Source of the DNA: Anthoceros angustus
Taxonomy: Eukaryota > Plantae > Anthocerotophyta
Assembly (NCBI GenBank): GCA_010909165.1
Contig: VJWM01000134.1
Span: 186,001 to 250,000, forward strand
Length of the DNA: 64,000 bases
Direction: 5' to 3'
Shown here: in pieces, positions 47,418 to 60,960 of the stretch
Layout of the letters: every line of letters starts with the position of its first letter
Numbering within the stretch: the stretch's first letter is position 1
The notes under the pieces: model-generated
Databases searched by the model: none
What the model saw: only the letters and a program-made list of their open reading frames with translations
Told to the model about the DNA's origin: nothing
Position numbers and translations under genes: made by a program

Positions 47418-49029
47418 GAATCAATCCAAGTACTCAGTGGAGAGGCCCAGTAGCTGCGACGCAGCACCCGGCTGCAACTGCAACTGCAACTGGTGTGCGC
47501 ATTTAACAAGCCCAGAGCGACGGGGTCAGCGCCGGCACAGGTCCCCTGGATTTTATTAAAACATAATTCCACGCGCCGACCGACTCGTGCCTTCCAACCA
47601 AGCAAGCCGGAAAATCAGGTGGCCGGCTGTTGACGATCGCGCACCATCGCAGCGTCGGCATGGTCATCTTCCCTCCGTTTTCGCCGGTTCCTTTGTCATA
47701 AAAGGAAACCTACATTTGTTGCACAACCGAAACCGAAACAGAAACTTGCCCAAGTTCCCCGTCCATGCTCGTCAAAACCCTCGTCACGCGGCAGGTTGTA
47801 GAAGAAGAAAAGAATTTTATTTAAGTCCACTAAGGGCGGATTTCCGTCATGGCACTCAAATATGATAACTAATAGATTACGGTAAAATAGTCTAGATAAA
47901 TATAAAGGTAAAATTCAAATAAGATAAATAATCTTCAATCAATCAACAGTGTCAATGAAATTGCGTGAACGAGGGCCAAACACCACCAATTCATCCCCAC
48001 AAAAGAAAGCCACTTGACGCAACACGAGCCTCGAAAGTAACTTCTCCTTCTTAGTCTTCCATTGCAATGGTGTAAGATCCTCATTGATATATAATTGAGT
48101 TGTCCGTAACATAGACCTAGCCTTCATAACTGGAGGCGATCATCCATAGAGTGAAAAGTCATAATCAATATGCGCTCCCTACCGTGATCCTTCCGGCTCG
48201 AGGAAATCCACCACATCGACCTCTAGCCTATAACGTAGACATATGACATTGACGAGAATCGAACTCACAAGGAATCAAACAAGGCCACTCAACAACAACA
48301 ACCACAACAACAACAACTTCATTTATGTCCCTAAGGATTGGAATCAAATAAGATCACTCAACATCGACGACAACAACAACAACTTCATTTATGTCCCTAA
48401 GGATTGGAAGGACCATCATGGGTCGAGATAGTAATCGCATAAGTAAGGGAAAAATGGAGTAGATAATGCGTGCATCTCAAATAGAAAGATAATAGCTATT
48501 TGAGATGAGAAAGAAGAGGAACTCCATGTTACAACGGCATGTCAATTAACTGCAACGTGTTTAGGTCAAAAGCAACTTGCAAACTTACGAATAAATGGAC
48601 CTATAAGGTTTTGACGCTGATGCCCTAAAGTCATGCGGCAACTTAGAGCATACCTAGATCATAGTGCTTTGGAAATATGGAAGATCGATACGAGCATCGG
48701 AAGGAAGTTTTGACTGGCCATCATGGCATGACCTTGTTGACGAGCCCATAATAATTAAACACTCGGGGGAAACCACTTTTTCTTAACACCTTGGCCTCCA
48801 TCTTTGGAAAAAAGTGGCATTTTTCACAAAAAATGTCTTTGAGCCCCCAATAGGACCCTAAAAATTGATATTTTTCCAAAAAAGTCTTCCAGCCCTTTTT
48901 TATTGATGGGGAAATGGATTTCACCTCCCTTTTGTTTTTAGGCAAATGGCTTGGGTATTAACCATATATCCCTAGGTGTATTAGGGATATTGTTAAAGAT
49001 TTTGGGTCAAATGAAACAAATTTTTATGA

Positions 49030-49936
49030 CAAATCCCAAGATGGTAATATGCATAGCCTCTGCCATATGCGAAGATATGGCAAAGCGGATAGCCCAAAGT
49101 CCTCTGTTCGGTTGATGATTGATGAATCAATTGATATAACCGTTGAAAAACACCTTGTCCTATTCGTTTCTTTTTTTAGAAAAACAGGAGCAACAAACTA
49201 TTTTCTTAGGTGAGTTTAGGTGTGGCAACTTTCATGAGGCATATTTTGGCGAGCAAGCAGTAGTCTTTGCACTATACTAATATGACTTATGTGTCATGAT
49301 AGGAATGCTTACGATTCAATCGCATTATTGAGTACTTGAAAAAGTTCGGCATTGATATGAAAAAGTGCTTTGGATTTGGATCAAATGGTGTGCCAGTGAT
49401 GTTAGGGCGAATAAGAATAGTAAATCTTTATCTTACGTCCTTACACTATCTTGCTCATAGACATGCTTTGTGTGTGTGACATGCTGTAGATAAGATTCTC
49501 TTCTCAAAAGAGATTGATCAAGTTATTAACAATATAAACACATACATGAAAGCTTCTCCTGAAAGATTACGGTCATTGGCTAGTCTGCAAAGGGACCTGA
49601 TATAAAGGGCTATGACCATGAAACATCATCTATGGCTTAGCAAGACAAAGGCTGTAACAAACTTATGTGATAATTATCAGCCAATTGCTAATGTTCTGAA
49701 ACAGGGCCCAGAGCAACATTCATTATATGCTGCTTCCGCAGTTTCAAATTTGTGCATTGCCTAGTTTTCTTAGGGGATTTGCTTGACAAGTTGAATAATA
49801 TGAGCAAGTACTTCCAAACGACCAATTTGGACCTTACAATAATAAAAGCTTATGTTGAGGTAGAAGAGGAACAAATAGAAAATCAATATACATGTGACCC
49901 TCTTATGGACTTGGAAGCTACGCAAGGTGATTCAAT
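49030..49936 (+). mobile_element. Decayed hAT-superfamily transposase fragment, continuing at about 52004-52560
   Basis: FGLMIDESIDITVEKHL.LF, C.GFGSNG..VMLG and FVHCLVFLGDLLDKLNNMSKYFQ, with many stops and frameshifts. Confidence 0.7.
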
Positions 49937-51034
49937 CGGGTAATGCCGAAATAATTATTTTTTGAAAAATATAAGGTTCAACATACATATTTATATTTTT
50001 CAAAATTTTAACATTTATAAAAACTAATTCTATCAAATTTCAACATTTATTAGAATACATAGGTATCTATATACAACTAATAGATATGTGTAGACCTCCC
50101 CTAAATAAGCCCTAATTTTCCACACATAGGTACCCTAGTTTCCCAAACACCCTCTAACTTTTCAAATAGGCCCTAGTTTCAAATAAGCTTTAGTTTCTAA
50201 AAAGCCTTAGCTTTTCAAACCAAGGTCAACCTAATTTTATTGTGTCTTTCTTGTTTGGGAAAGTGGCTACATTCTCCCTCTCGCCATCACTCTAAACTCT
50301 CTCAGATACCAGATCTCGATACCTGTGGGGCGGATGCGACTCAGGTGCTACGTCCCGCTCATCTTCCGACTCCACTCCGAGGTGAGTGTAGCCAGCCTCG
50401 CAAGGTCTGAGGCGCAACCTGCCGCCTGCAATAGCCTCGCGAGGTCGCCGCTGCACCGCAAGAAAGCGCAGCACCGCGGCCGCCACCGCCTGAGCCGGCC
50501 GAGGCTACTCGCAGGCAGCCTCAACCCCTCGGGTGCTTGTGCAAGCGGCGAGGCGGCCACTACCTCTGCGACTGCAACCTCCGCATGCGCAGCCTCCGAG
50601 GTTGCTCCCTTTTCTCTGTTTTCGGCATTTTAGACTCTTAAATATTTACACATTCGGCATTTTAAGCATAATAATTTTTAGATTTTCAACTTTTAGTAAA
50701 TCTAATTAATTAACGCCGAATCACCCCTCGGGGTACGGTAGTATAGTTTGAGTGCCCTTTTGATTGTTTAAAAATGGCTATAGGCCTCCACGTTTTTACG
50801 CCGTCGCCTATTCTTCACAAACGATTGATGGCAAAGGATCTCTTTTACACACATCAAACCGGGCCGAGGCCGACACCGAACGCTGCCGGCAAGCACACGG
50901 CTGTTATCTCCCCGCCTCACCGCCGGCGCCCCTACCTGATCGCCAATCTCCGTGATCGCCCACGTGATGCTCAATGTCCTTAGCAAATATTTTCGCGGGC
51001 CGAGGAGGTTCGTTCGTTCGATTAAGGCATGTCT

Positions 51035-51526
51035 TCACACAAGACTGCCACTGTAGCTGATATAATTGCAGCATAGTACGTGTAAAAGCCAATCCACTCT
51101 GCAACCCCGAAGTAACTGCTTGGTACAGGATGCTCTTACTTTCAAGTGCAAATGGTATGCCTCAATTGAACTATTGCAGTCTTGACCTGCATGAGGAGCT
51201 GCTCTCACTGCTTTTAACCACATATGAATAATTCTTCCCCACTGCTGCTTGAAGTAGGTGATGAATGTAGGGTACACACTCTCATACTGAGTATACAAGG
51301 ATTCGAGCTTCTCTCTTGCTGCTGCCTCGGAAATGAGTGGACACCTGTGGTAGCCCTTTCGTCGTCGTTCCGCCGGGCGTACCACGTTCCCGGGTCGTCG
51401 TAGTATGGGGTCCGTTCCCAAGGGAATGACTTTGCCCGTCGCTTGCGAATTCGCTCTCGTTGTTTTACCCCCACGATCGGGAAGCCCACACTTCACTACT
51501 ACCCTCGCATTACTTCGGACAACCAC
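51035..51526 (-). mobile_element. MULE/SWIM-type transposase fragment; second copy at 53594-54076
   Basis: FITYFKQQW...MW..AVR..PHAGQDCNSSIEAYH..LK....RVDWLLH.L. Confidence 0.65.
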
Positions 51527-52577
51527 TTCTCCAAAGACTTCGCGACTATTCTAACGGGGTTCGCCCGTTGCAACCAATGTAAGTGAACGTTTATCAGGAC
51601 TCGTCCTCGTCCTATCCTTCCATACCTCTCGGTTATCACCTCTTCCTCGCCTCTTACCTATTCTAACTCCCACATCCGGAAGTACTTGTGCGATTGCGTG
51701 TAGAAGGGGGGAGGGGGTCACAGCGCCTCCGTGGTTGCGTCCGTCAGCCGTCGGCCCAGGCCACGCGCCTTCACCATCGGCTGGTTAACGGTACTCACTC
51801 CGGTCCGTAGGAAGTCGGAGCTCCACCCTGAACGAACAGGAATCCCGAACTCGCTCCACCTGCACCCACCCCCACACGTTAGAGGTTCGCCACCAGAACC
51901 TGGATCAACCCCCTCGGAGTAGTCCGCGCCGGTGGCGCCTCCGTGCTAACAATGCTCAAGGGTCGTAACATCGGACGCATCAACTCCCAAAGAAAGATCA
52001 CTTTACATGTGACCCTCTTATGGACTTGGAAGCTACGCAAGGTGATTCAATGGATTACCCTATGCTCTCAGAAATATGGGCCTTTGTTTCTAAAGGAAAA
52101 ATCTTATTTATATCAACTTTGGAATGGCATGAAAGGCAATACATTTAAAGCAGTGTATATGATAAGGGACATCAATCGGGGAGATTTAGATGAAGCAACG
52201 CAGTTTCAGAAAACTTTGCAATAGCAATTTGCAAGAACTTGAACAACAGGTTCAAGGATAAAAGTATAGTATATTACAAGCAATGAAGATCTTGTCCCCT
52301 ATTAACCATCCCATTGAAGTTAGATTGTTGTCGTATACACATGGTAACAACGAAGTGGAGGAGCTATGCGATTTATATGGGACACAAACAAGAGCAGGCA
52401 ATATATCACAATTCAAGCTATTATAAATACCGAAGACACACACATTGTGTTTTTTGCGTTTAAAACCATGGCTAGGAAGTAATGGCCAGGACAAACCATG
52501 CAAACTACTTGGAGCACAATTTTCACAAAAGTTATGTTTATGCTTCATTTGCCAAACTTAGCAAGGATTGTTGAATA

Positions 52578-53377
52578 CCATACCCCGAGGGGTGGTTCAA
52601 TCGGGTAATGCCGAAATAATTATTTTTTGAAAAATATAAGGTTCAACATACATATTTATATTTTTCAAAATTTTAACATTTATAAAAACTAATTCTATCA
52701 AATTTCAACATTTATTAGAATACATAGGTATCTATATACAACTAATAGATATGTGTAGACCTCCTAAATAAGCCCTAATTTTCCACATAGGTACCCTAGT
52801 TTCCCAAACACCCTCTAACTTTTCAAATAGGCCCTAGTTTCAAATAAGCTTTAGTTTCTAAAAAGCCTTAGCTTTTCAAACCAAGGTCAACCTAATTTTA
52901 TTGTGTCTTTCTTGTTTGGGAAAGTGGCACATTCTCCCTCTCGCCATCACTCTAAACTCTCTCAGATCACTCGATCCCCACACCCAGGCGGGGGAGCTGA
53001 TGCGACCCGAGGTGCTACGTCCCGCTCATCTTCCGACTCTCCACCGAGGTCGAGCCTCACCCTCGCAAGGCTCATACCGAGGCCGCAACCCCCGCCGCAC
53101 AGCTCGCCGCGCCAGAAGAAAGGCGGTCAAGGCCCCCGCCTGAGAGGTACGCCGAGGCTACTCGCTAGGGCGCAGTTTTCACAACCTCGGTGCAGGCGGC
53201 GAGGCGGTACCACGGCCTCGCACTGCAACCGCATGCCAGCCTCCGAGGTTGCTCCTTTCTCCTGCTGCATTTTAGACTCTTAAATATTTACACATTCGGC
53301 ATTTTAAGCATAATAATTTTTAGATTTTCAACTTTTAGTAAATCTAATTAATTAACGCAATCACCCCTCGAGAACAG
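52578..53377. mobile_element. About 800 bp non-autonomous TIR element with TA target site (Tc1/mariner-type MITE); partial copy at 49937-50738
   Basis: Left end TA|CCATACCCCGAGGGGTGGTTC. The right end GAATCACCCCTCGGGGTACGG|TA is intact at 50718-50740 and degraded at 53358-53379. Confidence 0.65.
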
Positions 53378-54754
53378 TAGTATAGTTTGAGTGCCCTTTT
53401 GATTGTTTAAAATGGCCATAGGCCTCCACGTTTTACGCCGCCTATTCTTCACAAACGATTGACGGCAAAGGATCTCTTTACACACATCAAACCGGCCGAG
53501 GCCGACACCGAACGCTACGGGGCAACACGGCCCGTTATCTCTCGCCTACCGCTCGCCGGCTGCCCTACCTGATCGCCAATCTCCGTGATCGCCTCAGATG
53601 CTCAATGTCCTTAGCAAATATTTTCGCGTTCGCCGAGGAGGTTCGTTCGTTCGATTAAGGCATGTCTTCACACAAGACCCGCCTTGTAGCGATATAATTG
53701 CAAAGATACGTGTAAAAGCCAATCCACTGCAACCCTCAAGTAACGCTGTACAGGATGCTCTTACTTTCAAGTGCAAATGGTATGCCTCAATTGAACTATT
53801 GCGCCTTGACCGCATGAGGAGCCGCCTCACCGCTTTTAACCACATATGAATAATTCTTCCCACCACGCTTGAAGTAGGTGATGAATGTAGGGTACACACT
53901 CTCACCGAGTATACAAGGATTCGAGCTTTGCCGCCGCAAATGAGTGGACACCGTAGCCCTTTCGTCGCTCCGCCGCGTACACACGCCCCCGGGTCAGTAG
54001 TGGGGTCCGCTCCCAAGGGAATGACTTTGCCGCTGCGACCGCTCCTCGTTGTTTTACCCCACGATCGGAAGCCCACACTTCACTACTACCCTCGCATTAC
54101 CGGACAACCACTTCTCAAAGACTTCTGACTATTCTAACGGGGTTGCAACCAACCAATGTAAGTGAACGCTTATCGTGACTCGTCCTCGTCCTATCCTTCC
54201 ATACCTCCTGCCATCACCTCTTCCTTCGCCCACTCATTCTAACTCCCACATCCGGCATACTTGTGCGATTGGCAGAAGGGGAGGGGGGTCACCCTCCGGT
54301 GAGTGCGTCCACCCGCCGCCCAGCCACGCGCCTTCACCATCGGCCGGTTAACTGTGACTCACTCCCGGCCGAGAAGCTCCAGCTCCACCGAACCCAGAAT
54401 CCCGAACTCGCTCCACCTGCACCCACCCCCACACGTTAGAGGTTCGCCACCAGAACCTGGATCAACCCCCTCGGAGTAGTCCGCCCGCTCGGTGGCTCGG
54501 GCCTCGCGTGCTAACAATGCTCAAGGGTCAGAACATCGGACGCGGCATCAACTCCCAAAGAAAAGATCACTTTACTGGATGGCAACCCTCCCCCTTATAC
54601 TCCTCCGGAGGAGAGGCTCTTATTGGGTGTAAGCATGGTTTGGTGCCACACTTTGGGACCAAAGAGTCATGAACACTTGGTTACTATGATAGAGTAATAA
54701 AATGATCAGTGCTCAAGTTTTAAATATTATATTTTTGTCCTATAATTTACCTGT

Positions 54755-57700
54755 GTATTTATATTATTGTTTAACCTATGGAAGTTAAAAGGTAGTTTAA
54801 AAGGGTAAATATATCTATATTAGATTATGGTTGACTTCCGTACACCTGATTAATTCATCATTTGGAGAGAAACGTGAATCTCCTCTACTGACGTGCCTCT
54901 TCCTCTCATCTACTTTCGACGCTCTTTCCTCTCATCTCTACGCTCAACCGCATGCAGAGGCCATCTCCTTTGTTCCATTTATGCTCTCCTCTCCTCTCTG
55001 TTGCACCCACCATCTCCGCGCCCCAAGCTTTCGTCAGAGCTTGTCTCACGCCTTCCTATGGCAACCGCCACAATGTCGCGAAATTGAACGTGCTAACCTC
55101 TCAAAGAACCAAGAGATTCGACTGCAGACGGCTTGGAAGAAGCTCCGGTTGGATGGACCACCGAGGTGGCATGATGGTGATAATCGTCCTCGAGAGGTTG
55201 GATTGAATGTTAGGGATGACAAGTTGGTCCAAGGCCGAAGGAGCGCATTGGAAGAAGGCGTTGTGACAAATCACTTTGGCGTGCCTCTGCAACCGCAAGA
55301 GGGCTCTGACTTTGAAGCCACCGACTTGGTGTCAAAGGAGGATTGGCAAAGTTTGGACGACCTTGTGTTTGCCGTATATGGGAAACGTGCCAGCACGAAC
55401 ACGGGCCAAAAGATTCCCCGATGTATGGCTTTGGGTTTTCTTGTGGAGAAGATCCTGGGAAGGGCTGTGGACTGGAAAGCCTATAAAACGGTGGTTCTAG
55501 GAAGGAAGGCCAACAAGCAAGCAAGCAAGGAAGCAAAAACTGGAAAGGTGGCACTTGTGGAAGAGAAGGTAGGGAAGAAGGGGGAGAACGGGGCAGCTAA
55601 CCCCGTGCAACCACATGGTGGCTCCCAGGGCTCTGTGACTAGGTCACAGAGCCGAGGAAGCCAGCACACCAAGCCTGAGGTTGCTGGGGATGTTCAGGAG
55701 GAACTGGGCGGGATGGGAGAGGCGGAGGGTATAGTGATGCCAGCTGTGGATGATGCTGAGGTGCCAAGCGTGGAGAAAGGTCATCATCTTGTCCATGACG
55801 CACCAGGCTTTAAGCCATGGTTCAGTTTGCCATGTTTTCAGCGTGCGGAAGGTAGATGTGTCGTGTGCTGTGGGTTTGATGCAGCAGGTCGGGTGGGGGA
55901 AAGGTTGGGCATGCTACGTCCTGGGTAGTTTTGTTCATGCTTCCATCTGGCTTGGTGTGACTTACTTGCTGATGTTTTGTTCTCCTGCTGATTTTAGAGT
56001 TCTCCAGACTCGGGTTTTTATTGGAATCCGCGGGACCATGCTAATTTAGTGCGTGGTTGTGAGTGTTGTGGGTTGTGGGTGATGCGGGCACATAGTCGAG
56101 GCAGTTTCCAATTCGACCCTTCACCGCGAGCGTATGAGTTTCATTTGTTTTTCCATCGACGCAGGCCGCTCGTGGTGTGCCCGAATGTTTGGATCCCCGC
56201 ATAGGCACGCTGCATAAGGCTAAGCGTTGAACCTGGTTGTATCACCGTTTCTGTCCCATATGGGCACTGTGGTGGTGGTCTTGACACAGCCACAGATTCA
56301 CATGGTCACAATGTGGATTCATCAATGCTTGACCGTTTTCTGATTTTGCTTGTGTGTGCTTGGGCATATGTGGTCACCTGACCATCATCTGTGAAGTCAG
56401 TGGTGAGGTGCCCACTCATACCACCTGATCACTGGCATTAAAGCCAGTGGTCAGGTGGCCACTCATGGCCCGTGACCAGTGGTGCTATCCGGGTGGTCAC
56501 CTCCCATGAGTTCTTGGTCACGTGATCACCCGATGTGCACCGCCACGAATACCTATAATTTTTGAAGGGGTTAATAATCTCAAGGGGTTTTCCAAATAAT
56601 CAAGGGGTTTTGATGGGCCCTAAAACAGCTTTGAAGGCATTCCGGAAAACAAAAAGGTGTCACCAGTTACTACTTTCCATCTAGCAATGTTTGTGGCCAA
56701 TGGTGGTCGCAAACTCCAACCTAGGGAAATAATGCAAAGTAGGAACGGTGAGGAAGGCCGCTTCTCGGGCAAGACGATCAGAACTCGCTTTGGGATGGAA
56801 ATGTGGTTTTGTTATGACACCACAAAAGCCACATGTGGTATTTCCTAACACGTAAACATCAAGAACGGACTTACAACATTAACTCGGGACCCCGGAAAAC
56901 GAGATTTCGCCACTCATCCCCGTAGTTCAATCCATCGTCATCACTTGGTCCAAATTTTCTCCTCCATTGTCATCACTATCTTCAGCACTTTCACTCGCAG
57001 TTGTATGAAGCCACGCAACTCGCAGAGCTTATCCCTTATCGCTTTTTGTCCACCGCATACATGTTTCCGCATGCTCAACACAAACCCATAATACAGGATG
57101 ACTGTTCATTCACAAATACCTCCTGTATGTTTTTAGGTAATGGATCTTATTCCCTTTTTCCTCGATTGGACCGATGGGTTACCACCGGCGGACTATGTGT
57201 TCCCCGCACATATCTCCTTCATACGCATCTATGTGCTCGGTCCGATACTAGTGGATAAGAAAGTGAGGTCGTGGTGCGCTTAGCTTCACGTCAATGACCT
57301 CCCCAATCCGTAATGGCCTGTATGCATGTCCGTATTGCACGGACCGCCGTAAACATCCCTCTCGGATTGCTATGTCCCCATTCATCCGCATTTCCCGCAG
57401 CTTGCCTTCCCGCATTTTGATATGCCCCCAAATACATATCACGCGTGGAGGTCCCTCAATAATGCCTCATCTAGCAAAGCTTCATCCGCACTTGAAGTGG
57501 TCAGCCGTATGATCCACTTCGCACGTGAAAACCACTTCCAAGGACGCTGTAGCACTAGCCCAATGTTATTCTCCACAACGATAGCAATCTCCTTCCGTCC
57601 AACAAAGGCTTCCCACCACTTATACTCTTCAATACCTATGGATGCAAATCTTTAACCCTTCCCGCAAATGGGCCACACCTTCCATCGGTGATAGGATACC

Positions 57701-60700
57701 CGCTGCCCTTCTTGTCCCCCTAGCTTCACCGTGCACCGTAGGATGAGCAGGAGGGCGCCGGCGACCGGCCTCCCCAGTATTTATATTATTGTTTAACCTA
57801 TGGAAGTTAAAAGGTAGTTTAAAAGGGTAAATATATCTATATTAGATTATGGTTGACTTCCGTACACCTGATTAATTCATCATTTGGAGAAACGTGAATC
57901 TCCCTCTACTTTCGCGACGCAGTCTTTCCTCTCATCTACTTTCGCGACGCCGTCTTTCCTCTCATCTCTACGCTCAACCGTGCAGAGGCCATCTCCTTTG
58001 TTCCATTTATGCTCTCCTCTCCCTCTGTTTGCACCCACCATCTCCGCCCCAAGCTTTCCGTCAGAGGGCTTGTCTCACGTCTTCCTGGCAAGCTTACAAT
58101 GTCGCGCATTGAAATTGCTAACCTCTCAGAACCAAGAGATTCGGCCGTGTGGCGGCTTGGAAGAAGCTCCGGGTCGGATGGACCACAGGTGGCATGATGG
58201 TGATAATCATCTTCTTGAAAGGTTGGATTGAATGTTAGGGATGACAAGTTGGTCCAAGGCCTAAGGAGCGCATTGGTGGGAAGGGCGTTGTGACAAATCA
58301 CTTTGGCGTGCCTCTGCAACCGCAAGAGGCTACGACTTTGAAGCCACCGACTTGGTGTCAAAGGAGGATTGGCAAAGTTTGACGACCTTGTGTTTTTATA
58401 TGGGAAGCGTGGACGAACACGGGCCAAAAGATTCCCCGATGTATGGCTTTGGGTTTTCTTGTGGAGAAGATCCTAGGAAGGGTGGAAGAAAGCCTATAAA
58501 GCGGTGGTTCTAGGAAGGAAGGCCAACAAGCAAGCAAGGAAGCAAAAGCTGGAAAGGTGGCACTTGTGGAGAAGGTAGGGAAGAAGGGGAGAACGGGCAG
58601 CTAACCCGTGCAACCACATGGTGGCTCAGGCTCGTGACGGGTCAGCCGAGCCAGACACCAAGCCCGAGGTTGCTGGGATGTTCGAGGAACGGCGGGATGG
58701 GAGAGGCGGAGGTATAGTGATGCCACCGTGGATGATCTTGAGGTGCCAAGCGTGGAGAAAGGTCATCATCTTGTCCATGACGCCTGAGCTTTAAGCCATG
58801 GTTCGCTTGCCATGTTTTCGGTCACGGAAGGTAGATGTGTCGTGTCGTGGGTTTGATCGGCGGGTGGGGAAAGGTTGGGCATGCTTCACGGTAGTTTTGT
58901 TCATGCTTCCATCCGGCTTGGTGACCTTGCTGATGTTTTGTTCTCCCACCGATTTTAGAGTTCTCTAGACTGGTTTTTATTGGAATCAGCGGGACCATGC
59001 TAATTTGGTGCGTGGTTGTGAGTGTTGTGGGTTGTGGGTGATGCGGGCACATAGTGAGGCGGGCTTCAATTCGACCCTTCAAAGCGAGATGAGTTTCATT
59101 TGTTTTTCCATCGGCGTGTCGCTCGTGGTGTGCACGAATGTTTGGATCCCCATTATGGCACGTCACGAGACAAGGCTAAGCGTTGAAGCCTGTTGTATCA
59201 CGTGGGTTACATCCCATATGGGCACTGGTGGTGGTCTTGACACGTACTGATTCACATGGTCACAATGTGGATTCATCAATGCTTGACCGCTTTTGATTTT
59301 GCTTGTGTGTGCTTGGGCATATGTGGTCACTGACCATCATCGGTGAAGTCGTGGTGAGGTGCCACTCATACCACGATCAGCATTAAAGCGGTGGTCGTGT
59401 GGCCCTCATCATGACGGTGGTGCTATCCGGGTGGTCACCTCCCATGAGTTCTTGGTCACGTGATCACCCGGCTGTGCACGCCCCGAACACGATAATTTTG
59501 AAGGGGTTAATAATCTCGAAGGGGTTTTCAAATAATCTACGAAGGGGTTTTGATGGGCCCTAAAGCAGTTTTGAAGGCATTAGGAAAACGCTCGAAAAAG
59601 GTGTCACCGGAAAAAATTACTACTTTCCATCTAGCAATGTTTGTGGCCAATGGTGGTCGAAACTCCAACCTAGGGAAATAATGCAAAGTAGGAGCGGTGA
59701 GGAAGGCCGTTCTGCCGGGCAAACGGGTAAACTCGGTTTTGGGATGGAAATGTGGTTTTGTTATGACACCACAAAAGCCACGCAGACGGTATTTCCTAAC
59801 ACGAAACATCGAAGCGGACTTACAACATTAACTCGGGACCCCAAAGCAGATTTCGATTTCACTCATCCCGAGTTCAATCCATCGTCATCACTTGGTCCAC
59901 TTCTCCTCCATTGTCATCACTATCTTGATGACACTTTCACTCGCAGTTGTATGAAAACGCGCCTCATGAGCTTTATATCGCTTTTTGTCCACCGCATACG
60001 GATGTTTCCGTCGTTCAACACAAACCCATGTCTGGGATATGTTTCATTCACAAATACCTCCTGTATGTTTTTAGGTAATGGATCTTATTCCCTTTTTCCT
60101 CGGCATTGGACGGATGGGTTACCACTCTGGCGGACTATGTGTTCTCGCACATATCTCCTTCATACGCATCTATGTGCTCGGTCCGATACTAGTGGATAAG
60201 AAAGTGAGGTCGTGGTGCGTTTAGCTTCACGTCAATGACCTCCCCAATCCGAATGGCATTATGCATGTCCGTATTGCACGGCGAAACATCCCTCTCGGTT
60301 CCGTTATGTCCCCATTCATCCGTGCCATTTCCAGTTGCCTTCCGCATTTTGATATGCCCCCAAATACATATCACGGTGGGAGGTCCCTCAATAATGCCTC
60401 ATCTAGCAAAGCTTCATAGAAGCGCAAGTGGTCGGTGTATGATCCACTTACGCACGTGAAAACCACTTCCAAGGACGTAGCACTAGCCCAATGTTATTCT
60501 CCACAACGATAGCAATCTCCTTCCGGTCCACAGGCTTCCCACCACTTATACTCTTCAATCACCTATGGATGCAAATCTTTTAACCCTTCACGCAAATGGG
60601 CCACACCTTCCATCGGTGATAGGATACTGCCGTTCCTTCTTGTCCCCCTAGCTTCACCGTATGCACCGTAGGATGGTGCTAAGGGAGGCCGTCGGCGCTC
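54755..60700. repeat. Tandem direct duplication of an about 3 kb unit (54755-57776 and 57777-60700)
   Basis: Colinear throughout, both starting gtatttatattattgtttaacc. The differences are dominated by small indels. Confidence 0.9.
54831..55928 (+). CDS. Uncharacterised ORF, probably TE-associated; frameshifted copy at about 57900-58880
   Basis: A 365-codon open frame. The core WQSLDDLVFAVYGKR...KIPRCMALGFLVEKILGRAVDWKAY looks like a folded domain, followed by a low-complexity tail. Family not recognised and true start unknown. Confidence 0.4.
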   Translation: MTSVHLINSSFGEKRESPLLTCLFLSSTFDALSSHLYAQPHAEAISFVPFMLSSPLCCTHHLRAPSFRQSLSHAFLWQPPQCREIERANLSKNQEIRLQTAWKKLRLDGPPRWHDGDNRPREVGLNVRDDKLVQGRRSALEEGVVTNHFGVPLQPQEGSDFEATDLVSKEDWQSLDDLVFAVYGKRASTNTGQKIPRCMALGFLVEKILGRAVDWKAYKTVVLGRKANKQASKEAKTGKVALVEEKVGKKGENGAANPVQPHGGSQGSVTRSQSRGSQHTKPEVAGDVQEELGGMGEAEGIVMPAVDDAEVPSVEKGHHLVHDAPGFKPWFSLPCFQRAEGRCVVCCGFDAAGRVGERLGMLRPG

Positions 60701-60960
60701 TGCCTCTGCTCATGGGCCGTGGCCGGCGCCCTCCCCTAACACACCACCCATGGGCGCCGGCCGCGCCCTCTAACACCCCTACCCATGGGCCCGTGGCCCG
60801 CCCAACCGCACCGCCCATGGGCGCGGCCGGCGCCCTCCCCTAACACCACCTTGGGCGGCCTCCCCTAACACCTGCCCATGGGGCCGGGCCTCCTAGCACA
60901 CCACATGGGCGGGCCGGTGGCGCCCTCCCCACCTTGCGCCGGGCCGCCACACGGCGGCGC
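60700..60960. repeat. GC-rich imperfect tandem repeat of about 35-40 bp (cgccctcccctaacac..ccatgggc..ggccg)
   Basis: About 6 imperfect units seen directly. Confidence 0.75.
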
